Assembly (NCBI GenBank): GCA_044344255.1
Contig: JBIJDH010000008.1
Coordinates: 128,001-192,000, forward strand
Length of the DNA: 64,000 nt
DNA from: Myxococcota bacterium
GTDB taxonomy: Bacteria; Myxococcota_A; UBA796; UBA2385
Reading direction: 5' to 3'
A model generated the notes under the pieces. That model saw only the letters and a program-made list of their open reading frames with translations. It was not told where the DNA came from and did not search any database. The position numbers and the translations under genes were made by a program. Positions within the stretch are counted from its first letter, which is position 1; each line of letters opens with the position of its first letter. Below are positions 38,861 to 46,621 of the stretch, one piece after another.

Positions 38861-39450
38861 TGAACCTCATCTTCCTCGTCCTCGGCCTCAACCTGGTGCT
38901 CGACCAGAGCGTCGCCCACGCCGCCCCCACGCCGCCGCACCCGCCAGCGCCACCCGCCGCTGACCTCGAAGACATGCACGGCGACGGCGTCGCCGACGAT
39001 GGCGACCGGGAGGACGACGACGACGGCGACCCCATGGACGGCGACTTCGACGAGGTGGCCGAGCAGATCGGCGCCACCCCCGAGCAGCGGAAGAAGATCG
39101 AGGATGCCTTCTACGCGTCCCACCAGGAGCGCATCGACCTCAAGGCCAAGAAGGCCAAGGCCGGCCTCGAGCTCAAGCGCCTCCTCCACGCCGACACCCT
39201 CGACGAGAAGGCCGTGGGTAAGGCCACCGAGGCCCTGGTCTCCGCAGAGTCGGCCCTGCGCCGCAACCAGATCGACCTGATGGTCTCCCTCCGCAAGGTG
39301 CTGACCGCCGACCAGTGGGCCACCCTCGAGCAGCTCCGCCGAGACGGGCGGCGCAGCGGCCACGGCGGCGGCCACGGCGGGAAGGGCGGGAAGGGAGGAA
39401 AGGCCGGGAAGGCAGGGCGGATGGAGCGCGAGGCGTTCGGCCCGCGCTGA
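38857..39450 (+). CDS. Spy/CpxP/heavy-metal sensor-like periplasmic protein
   Basis: Signal peptide, ATPEQ and LTADQ (LTxxQ) motifs. Confidence 0.85.
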   Translation: MMNLIFLVLGLNLVLDQSVAHAAPTPPHPPAPPAADLEDMHGDGVADDGDREDDDDGDPMDGDFDEVAEQIGATPEQRKKIEDAFYASHQERIDLKAKKAKAGLELKRLLHADTLDEKAVGKATEALVSAESALRRNQIDLMVSLRKVLTADQWATLEQLRRDGRRSGHGGGHGGKGGKGGKAGKAGRMEREAFGPR

Positions 39451-39555
39451 GGGCGAGGGACAGCTCGAGGGTGGACCCCGATGAGGCCGCGCTCATCGAC
39501 CTCTCCGCGAGGTTAGCGGAGCCGGTGTAGGCCCCACCCGCCCTTGGGATCGCCC

Positions 39556-41685
39556 ATGTCCGCCCCCCCCCCCCGCCGCCCCCCCCTCGGGCCCCGAGGC
39601 CCCTGGGCGCTCGGGCTCACCCTGCTCCTCGCGGTGGGGTCGGCCGCCGCGGCGCCACAGCCCCGGCGCCCCCTCCCCAAGGTCACGCCCACCCTGCCCG
39701 CCGACCCTGGCTGGCCGGGCTCCCGCCTCGTCCTCCAGGTGAAGCTACAGGACGCCCTCCTCGCCCGGGCCACCGCCGAGGGGGGCCTCCGCAGCGAGGC
39801 CGGCCGCGCGCTCGCGGGCCTCACCACCCTCGCGGCGCAGCACGGACTGCGCTTTCGCCCCGCCTTCCCGCTCTCCGGCCCCGCGCTCCGCGGCCTCGAG
39901 CTGCGCGCCCTCCAGCGCTCGGGCCGCGAGCAGCCGGATCTGGCCGGCATCTTCGTCGTAGAGGGCGTGGAGGGCGAGGCGCTCCTCTCGGTCGCCCGGG
40001 CGCTGCACACACGGCCCGAGGTCGAATTCACCAGCCTCAGCTGGTCGCTGCCGCCGCCCCCCGGCGACATTGCGCCCACCACCGACGACTACTCGGCCTA
40101 CCAGACCTACCGCGATCCCGATCCCGGCATCGACCTCGCCTTCGCGGCCGCGCTCGGGGTGGACGGCGCCCACGTCCAGGTCAGCGACTGCGAGTACGGC
40201 TGGGAGACCGGCCACGAGGACCTCGTCGACCGCGACACCCACCAGGAGCCCGGCACCGTCATCCCGAGCATCATCGCCGAGTACGGCTACGACTCGCACG
40301 GCACCGCCGTCCTCGGAGAGCTCTCCGCCGTGGACAACGGCTACGGCTGCACCGGGCTCGTGCCGGGGTCGGAGGTCCACACCTACCCCGAGTACATCGA
40401 GCTCGACGGCGCGGAGGTCTGGCGCCGCCCCGACGCCGTCGCCGCCGCGGTCGCCGCCGCGCTCCCCGGCGACGTCGTCGTGCTTGAGATGCAGGACATC
40501 CAGCGGCCCGGCGGCAGCTACTGCCCGGCCGAGGTGGAGCCCACGCTCTGGACCGTCGTGCGCGTCGGCGCCGACGCAGGCGTGGTCCTCGTCGGCGCCG
40601 CCGGCAACGGGTCCGAAGACCTCGACGGCGACTGGTACGTCGAGAACTACCTCGCCCGCGGGGACAGCGGGGCCATCCTCGTCGGGGCCGGCTCACCCGA
40701 CACCACCCACGCCCCCCTGTACTTCTCCACCCACGGCAGCCGGGTGAACCTGCAGGGCTGGGGCGGCTCAGTCTTCACCCTCGGCTACGGCAGCTTCGCC
40801 ACCGTCGGCGACGACCCCAACCAGGCCTACACGAGCGGCTTCAACGGCACGAGCTCGGCCACCCCGATCGTCGCCGCCGCCGCGGTGGCCCTCCAGGACT
40901 ACGTCCTCGCGCACACCGGGCTCCCCCTCGGCCCCGAGGCGCTGCGCGAGGTGCTGATGGCGACCGGCATCCCTCAGGGGAGCGGCGCCCTCGTCGGCCC
41001 GCTGCCCGACCTCGCCGCCGCCATCCTCTCCGTCGACGCCGATCTCGACGGCGCGCTCAACGACAGCGTGGGCGGCGACGACTGCGACGACGCCGACCCC
41101 GGCCGCGCCCCGCTCACCCCCGAGATCGCCTACGACGGGATCGACCAGGACTGCGACGGAGCCGATCTCATCGACGTCGACGGCGACGGCGCGACGGCAG
41201 AGGAGGCGGGGGGCGACGACTGCGATGACCAGGACCCAGCCGTGAACCCGACCGCCGTGGAGACCTGGTACGACGGCATCGATCAGGACTGCGACGGCCA
41301 GGACGACTTTGACCAGGACCAGGACGGCTTCACCGAGGCCGAGGGCGACTGCGACGACACGCAGGACACGATCTACCCGGGCTCCGTCGGGGCGGACGGC
41401 GAGGTGAACTGCGGAGCGGTCGCGGACACCGACAGCGGCGGACCGGGAGACTCCGACGCCCCGACCGAGGGGCCGCCCGGCGAGGGCGAAGGCAAGGGCT
41501 GCGGCTGCGCGGCGGTCTCCAGCTCGACCTCCACCCCGACCGCGGGCGGCCTCTCGGCGATCGGTCCAGCCCTCGGCGCCCTGCTGATGGCGGGGCTCAG
41601 CCGCGCTCGAGCTCGAGCACCGCGTACTCCGCGGCCTCCCGCACCCGGGGCTCCGGGTCGTCCTCGGCCGCGCGGACGAGGGTGA
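39556..41685 (+). CDS. S8 serine peptidase with DCDD metal-binding repeats and MYXO-CTERM-like tail
   Basis: DCEYGW, HGTAVLG, AAGNG, GTSSATP, DCDD..YDGIDQDCDG repeats, KGCGC tail. Confidence 0.92.
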   Translation: MSAPPPRRPPLGPRGPWALGLTLLLAVGSAAAAPQPRRPLPKVTPTLPADPGWPGSRLVLQVKLQDALLARATAEGGLRSEAGRALAGLTTLAAQHGLRFRPAFPLSGPALRGLELRALQRSGREQPDLAGIFVVEGVEGEALLSVARALHTRPEVEFTSLSWSLPPPPGDIAPTTDDYSAYQTYRDPDPGIDLAFAAALGVDGAHVQVSDCEYGWETGHEDLVDRDTHQEPGTVIPSIIAEYGYDSHGTAVLGELSAVDNGYGCTGLVPGSEVHTYPEYIELDGAEVWRRPDAVAAAVAAALPGDVVVLEMQDIQRPGGSYCPAEVEPTLWTVVRVGADAGVVLVGAAGNGSEDLDGDWYVENYLARGDSGAILVGAGSPDTTHAPLYFSTHGSRVNLQGWGGSVFTLGYGSFATVGDDPNQAYTSGFNGTSSATPIVAAAAVALQDYVLAHTGLPLGPEALREVLMATGIPQGSGALVGPLPDLAAAILSVDADLDGALNDSVGGDDCDDADPGRAPLTPEIAYDGIDQDCDGADLIDVDGDGATAEEAGGDDCDDQDPAVNPTAVETWYDGIDQDCDGQDDFDQDQDGFTEAEGDCDDTQDTIYPGSVGADGEVNCGAVADTDSGGPGDSDAPTEGPPGEGEGKGCGCAAVSSSTSTPTAGGLSAIGPALGALLMAGLSRARARAPRTPRPPAPGAPGRPRPRGRG

Positions 41686-43606
41686 GGCCCACCGGGGCGC
41701 GGCCGCTGAGCAGCGCGGCCTGGGAGATGCCCCGCACCGCGGCCACCCGCACCCGGCCGTCGCGATCGCGCAGCATCCCGGCGAGGGTCTTGAGCGCGGC
41801 GGCCTCTCCGACACGGCCGAGCGCGGCGGCGGCGGCGGCGCGCACCCCGGCGTCGGGGTCGGTCAGGAGGGAGCGGGCCTGGGCCTCCCAGTCTCGGCGG
41901 CCGAGGAGCTCGATGGCGAGGGCCGCGCCGCGCCCCCAGGCCGGGCCACCGCCGGCGCGGTAGTCGGTGACCGCGCGCTGGAGCACCGGCGCGGAGAGGC
42001 GGAGGAGCTCGTTGACGAGGCGCCCCCGGTCGGCGGGGCGGACCACGGCGAGCAGGCGCAGGAGGTCCTCCACGTCGGGGGGCATGGCGTCGGGGAGGGC
42101 CTCCTCCGGCACCGGCCACCAGACGGGCCCCTGCTTCGGTCCCACCTCGAAGCCCTGTGCGACCGGGCGGCGGAAGGGCCGCGGCGCCACGTTCTGCACC
42201 ACCGGCTGCCGGCCGCTGATGCCGGGGGAGGTGGGGGGATCGGCGAAGAGGTCATCGAGGGACATGGCGCTGCTCGCCTGCCCGGTGGCGCCCCGGGCGC
42301 CGACGATCGGCCCACCGGCGAGGCGCCCGGCCGGCGGGGCGCTGCTGTGGAGGAGGAGGCCCTCGGAGCGAGCGGCGGGCACCGTCTCTCGGATGAAGGT
42401 GGGCGCGGCGGCGGTGCTGCTACGGCGGGCCCGCTCCGGGGCGGCCGCAGGGGCTGGCTCCGGGGCGGTGGCCTGCGCGGCGACCGGCACAGCGACCGGC
42501 GCAGCGGCCGCTGGGACGTAAGCGCCGACGAGGGTGGGGGCGGCGCTCGGCACACCCGGCGGGGCCGCGGCGGGGAGCGGCGCAGACGGAGGCACGAAGC
42601 GCGGCGCCGGCGGAGCGGGGCGGACCTCGAGCACGAAGTCGAGGAAGGCGCTCGCGTGCTCCACCGTCCAGCGCTCCTCCGCGCGGGCCCGCATGGTGCC
42701 CTGGATGAACTCGGAGAGGAGGGCCCCCTTCTTCGAGAGGGCGACGGGCCCCGCCAGCTTCGGGGGGAGGGTCGCCCGGAGGAGGTCGAAGTACTCCTCC
42801 AGGTCGGCGTCCGGGGGCAGATCGAGGGGCGGTCGGCCGGTGAGCAGGAACCAGCAGACCGCTCCGGCGGAGAAGAGGTCGGAGGCGGTGGTGGCCGACT
42901 CGCCGATGAACTGCTCCGGCGCCGCGTACTGCGGCGTGCCGATGAAGGCCCCCTGGCGGGTCATCCCCGAGGCGAGGCCCCGCTGCACCTTGGCGATGCC
43001 GAAGTCAGCGATCCGGATGGCCGGGATCTCCAGCCGCCCGACCGGCCGCCGCAGGAGGACGTTGGCCGGCTTGAGGTCGCGGTGGACGATGTCCTTGGCG
43101 TGGGCGACCGAGAGGGCCTCGAGGATCTGCCGCACGATGCCGGCGACGGTCCAGGGCGGCAGCGGCCCGCTCTTCTCGACCAGCTCTTCCAGGGTGCCGC
43201 CCGCCTCGAAGCGGGTCACGAGGTAGGGCGCCTCCCCTTGCCGCTGGACGAAGGCCAGACACTCGACGATGTGGTCGTGCGCCAGGTCGCGGAGGATCTG
43301 CGCCTCCGTGGCGAGCCTCCGCAGGAAGGCCCCGCTGTCCCGCTGCGGGTGGAGCACCTTGATGGCGAGATCGGGCGGCTGGGGCTGATCGTCGGCGTCC
43401 AGCTCCCGCGCGTGGTAGGTCACGCCGGCGCCGCCCAGGGCGAGGGCCCGGATGACCCGGTAGCGCCGATCAAGGAGGTCCCCCTCCCCATAGAGGCGGG
43501 ACCAGCCCGCGAGGGGGCGACGACACCGACAGCCGAGGCTGGGGCAGAGCTCGCCGTCCGCCTCGAAGGTGTTCAGACAACGCGGGCAGTAGAAGGATGA
43601 GGACAT
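41597..43606 (-). CDS. Ser/Thr protein kinase with N-terminal Cys motif and C-terminal HEAT repeats
   Basis: HRDLKPAN, DFG, GTPQYAAPE, DxDxxVR repeats. Confidence 0.92.
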   Translation of the reverse strand: MSSSFYCPRCLNTFEADGELCPSLGCRCRRPLAGWSRLYGEGDLLDRRYRVIRALALGGAGVTYHARELDADDQPQPPDLAIKVLHPQRDSGAFLRRLATEAQILRDLAHDHIVECLAFVQRQGEAPYLVTRFEAGGTLEELVEKSGPLPPWTVAGIVRQILEALSVAHAKDIVHRDLKPANVLLRRPVGRLEIPAIRIADFGIAKVQRGLASGMTRQGAFIGTPQYAAPEQFIGESATTASDLFSAGAVCWFLLTGRPPLDLPPDADLEEYFDLLRATLPPKLAGPVALSKKGALLSEFIQGTMRARAEERWTVEHASAFLDFVLEVRPAPPAPRFVPPSAPLPAAAPPGVPSAAPTLVGAYVPAAAAPVAVPVAAQATAPEPAPAAAPERARRSSTAAAPTFIRETVPAARSEGLLLHSSAPPAGRLAGGPIVGARGATGQASSAMSLDDLFADPPTSPGISGRQPVVQNVAPRPFRRPVAQGFEVGPKQGPVWWPVPEEALPDAMPPDVEDLLRLLAVVRPADRGRLVNELLRLSAPVLQRAVTDYRAGGGPAWGRGAALAIELLGRRDWEAQARSLLTDPDAGVRAAAAAALGRVGEAAALKTLAGMLRDRDGRVRVAAVRGISQAALLSGRAPVGLTLVRAAEDDPEPRVREAAEYAVLELERG

Positions 43607-43648
43607 GGAGCCCTCACCCTACCACTCTGAACCCGACCACTCTGAGGC

Positions 43649-44362
43649 TCAGACGACCGCCGGGCCGATGTACCGGACCGCCACGATGCGGGCGCCCGGG
43701 TAACGGCCGGCCAGGACGGCGGTCGCGTGGGAGGTGGCGGCGGAGATGTCGGTGGAGACGATGAGGAAGTCCTCCGACTCCCCCTCGAGCGCGATCGAGA
43801 AGCCATGGAGCCCACCCGTGACGGTCGCCCGAGCGGGCGCCGGGGCGCGCACCGCGGCGGGGGCGGCCTGCACCGGCGCCGAAGCCACGGGAGCCTCCAC
43901 CACGGCCTCCGACTCCGCCTCGTCGGCGCCCTCGGGGGCTCCGTCGCGCCAGAGGGCGGGGATCTCGTGCCGACGACGGAACGCACGAACGTTCTGAGCG
44001 GTCACACCGGCGCGGACCGCGATCTCGGCGTCGGGCACGACGCCGAGCTGCGTGAGGAAGGGGTCGAGCAGCGACTTCCTGCGAAGGGGGGCGCCCTTGT
44101 CGGCAGACGGCGCGGCGGCGGCGGCCGGCGCGGCGGCGGCAGCGGCGGCGCGCGCGGCCCGACCGCCCGACTTCTTGGCCGGCGCCGGCTCCCGAAACCC
44201 GAACTTGTGACCTTCGTAGCCGTCGATGCCGATGCGACGCCGGTAGCGGCCCACCGTCGGCGGCGTGGTCCCCGCCATCTGGGCGAGCTCGTGGTCGGGC
44301 AGCTTGCCCATGAGGTGCTTGAGGGCGTCCAGCTCGGGATAGTTCTTCGGCTTGCGAGGCAT
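43649..44362 (-). CDS. Hypothetical protein with two HTH-like GxxPDxE(L/I)A repeats
   Basis: MGKLPDHELAQMAG..RYRRRIGI and LGVVPDAEIAVRAG..AFRRRHEI. Confidence 0.75.
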   Translation of the reverse strand: MPRKPKNYPELDALKHLMGKLPDHELAQMAGTTPPTVGRYRRRIGIDGYEGHKFGFREPAPAKKSGGRAARAAAAAAAPAAAAAPSADKGAPLRRKSLLDPFLTQLGVVPDAEIAVRAGVTAQNVRAFRRRHEIPALWRDGAPEGADEAESEAVVEAPVASAPVQAAPAAVRAPAPARATVTGGLHGFSIALEGESEDFLIVSTDISAATSHATAVLAGRYPGARIVAVRYIGPAVV

Positions 44363-44557
44363 TGTGTGTTCCGTCTGCTCGGTTCTGGAGGGGCGGCTGT
44401 TCCTACCACATCTACGATCAGAGGTCGATAGGCTGTGCGGGTATCAGGATCTTTCGAATAACAACTTCGTCATGCCCTCTCCCTTCCTGAAATGCAAGGT
44501 CACCCGCCGTCGCGCCCAAATTTCGAGCCACGAATCAAGGGAGACCGGTCGTTTCAC

Positions 44558-44673
44558 GTTCCGGGTAGCTCCTTGAGGATAGACGAACAACGTCGGCCTC
44601 AAAGCAGCCAGTTCATGACCGGAAGATCCTACAACAGGTCGAGGGGTCGGTTCAATCCTCCCCCCGGGACACC
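44558..44673 (+). ncRNA. tRNA-like structured RNA of unknown class
   Basis: Hand-folded: 8-bp acceptor-like stem, TAGCT start of D-arm, enlarged D hairpin, TTCATGA loop, variable hairpin, GGTTCAATCC T-loop, A-CC 3' end. Confidence 0.45.
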
Positions 44674-44744
44674 GCTTCAAAACTTTCGGCAAGCGGACGG
44701 ACAAAGGCGGCCAGGGCGGAGCTCCCCCGCCGTGGCCTGCACGC

Positions 44745-45098
44745 TCACCAGTAGTCAGCCGTGCAGAACACCGAGCCCTCGAGGCCCACCACCCGGCTCA
44801 TGCAGGAGAGGCGCATCCGCGAATCCACCCGGTTCCGAGACTTGAGCTCGGCCTCCGCGTCGCTCTCTGCAGACAGCAGCCCGCGTCCTGCGAGCACCCG
44901 GAGCCCGCACTGGCCGCAGAGGCCCTCCGCCGCGCAAGCGTGACCGATGGGCAGCCCGAGCCGCCTCGCCGCCGAAAACAGGCTTGTACCCCACTGAACT
45001 TCGATGGAAGGCCCAGCGAGCGCGGACACGTCCGCCGCTCCGCCCGCCTCCGGGAGGAGGGAGCGACCGCCTGCGGGAAAGTACACACGAACCGGCAT
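44745..45098 (-). CDS. 2Fe-2S ferredoxin
   Basis: CAAEGLCGQC...RLSC. Confidence 0.85.
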   Translation of the reverse strand: MPVRVYFPAGGRSLLPEAGGAADVSALAGPSIEVQWGTSLFSAARRLGLPIGHACAAEGLCGQCGLRVLAGRGLLSAESDAEAELKSRNRVDSRMRLSCMSRVVGLEGSVFCTADYW

Positions 45099-45169
45099 CA
45101 GCGGCCCCGGATAACGCGCCGTCCGGGCTCCAGCCCCGACAATCGGAGAGGCGGGGGTTATCGGCGGAG

Positions 45170-46621
45170 ATGCCCACCCACACTCGCATCACCCTCCTCG
45201 ATCGCGACCACTCACCTCCCGTGGGGGCCTGCAACCTCATCTTCGGCAGGCGGGCCGCGCTACACACCTCTGAATGGAGGGAGAAGTTTGGGATCTCCGC
45301 CGAGACCTGGGCGGCGATGCTGAACGCGACGCCCGGCGGAGACAGCGGCGCCTGCACGTCGACCTGGATCGACGACAAACAAGTGCTGATCGGGGTCTTG
45401 CCCGAGGCCTGCTCCCGCCACAACAGCCCCACACGCGCCTGGGCCATCCCCGACCTCGTCCGTCGGGTCCGACCCCGCGGAGACGCACTGATCATCGGCC
45501 TCATCGAAGACGAGGCTCACGCTCCCGCCGTGGCGATGGCGGTGGCCCGAGCCCTGCCGCTCTACCAGCAGAGCAGCGGGGCCCGCTCCGAGCGGGTCGT
45601 CCGGCTCGGTCTCTTCGGCCCCAACGGCCTCGTCGACGATCCGTCCCTGCAGCACGGGATCGACGCCGTGCGCGACGCCGCCCGCCTCGGTGACATGCCA
45701 ACCCTCGAGCTCGGCCCAAGCGCCCTCGTGATGGAGGCCCGCGCCGTCGCCCAGGCGCTCGGCGTCTCCATCGAGGTCATCGAAGGGGAGGCCCTCCGCG
45801 ACCAGGGCTTCGGCGGCCTCTGGCACGTCGGGAAGGCCGCCCGCCAGCCCCCCGCCCTCGTCGCGCTGCGCTGGCGGCCCGAAGGCGCCCGCCGGCACGT
45901 GGCCTGGGTGGGCAAGGGGATCGTCTACGACACAGGCGGCCTCAGCATCAAGGCCAAGACGGCGATGCCGTCGATGAAGGGCGATATGGCGGGGGCCGCG
46001 GCGGTGCTGTACGCCTTCCGCGCCGCGGTGCTCGCCCGCCCCGACTTCTCGATCACGGCGGTCCTCTGCATCGCCGAGAACGCCGTGGGTCCAGACGCCC
46101 TCCGACCGGACGACATCATCACCCTGCGCTCCGGTCGGACGGTCGAGGTGAACAACACGGACGCCGAGGGGCGCCTGGTCCTGGCAGACGGCGTCTATTG
46201 GGTTTCAAAGACCGAAAGTCCCGATCTGGTGATCGACATCGCGACCCTGACCGGCGCGGTGCTCCAGTCGACGGGGAAGGTCCACGCCGGGGTGGTCTCG
46301 AATACGGAGATAGTCGAGATCGCTGCGACCCGCGCGGGCCTAATCTCCGGAGAGACTTGCTTTCCCCTCCTCTATGCGCCAGAGCTCTTACGCAAGGAGT
46401 TCAAAAGCGTGGTTGCTGACATGAAAAACTCGGTTAAGGACCGAAATAATTCTCAATCGTCCTGCGCCGCAATCTTCGTCGCCGCCCACCTCCCGGACCC
46501 CGCTCCACCCTGGCTCCACATCGACATCGCCGGCACCGCCTGGGACGGGGAGCGACGGCTGACCGGCTGGGGGGTGGGCCTCCTCCTGGCCCTTGGCGCC
46601 GGCCCCGGCCCGGGCGAATGA
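45170..46621 (+). CDS. M17 leucyl aminopeptidase, NPEPL1-like
   Basis: VGKGIVYDTGG, MKGDM, NTDAEGRL, SRHNSP, ADMKNSV, HIDIAG. Confidence 0.92.
   Translation: MPTHTRITLLDRDHSPPVGACNLIFGRRAALHTSEWREKFGISAETWAAMLNATPGGDSGACTSTWIDDKQVLIGVLPEACSRHNSPTRAWAIPDLVRRVRPRGDALIIGLIEDEAHAPAVAMAVARALPLYQQSSGARSERVVRLGLFGPNGLVDDPSLQHGIDAVRDAARLGDMPTLELGPSALVMEARAVAQALGVSIEVIEGEALRDQGFGGLWHVGKAARQPPALVALRWRPEGARRHVAWVGKGIVYDTGGLSIKAKTAMPSMKGDMAGAAAVLYAFRAAVLARPDFSITAVLCIAENAVGPDALRPDDIITLRSGRTVEVNNTDAEGRLVLADGVYWVSKTESPDLVIDIATLTGAVLQSTGKVHAGVVSNTEIVEIAATRAGLISGETCFPLLYAPELLRKEFKSVVADMKNSVKDRNNSQSSCAAIFVAAHLPDPAPPWLHIDIAGTAWDGERRLTGWGVGLLLALGAGPGPGE

Noticed and set aside
43616..43645. 15-bp tandem duplication ACCCNACCACTCTGA
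   Set aside because: Only two copies in a short intergenic gap, most simply explained by slippage.
44595..44645. SRP RNA, 5S rRNA, 6S RNA or tRNA-Sec identity for the structured RNA
   Set aside because: AGCAGCC lacks the preceding CAGG..GGAA of SRP, there is no 5S CCGAAC, it is too short for 6S, and TCA is not centred in the loop.
46420..46460. dif site in the AT-rich patch
   Set aside because: No match to the XerD arm TTATGTTAAAT on either strand.
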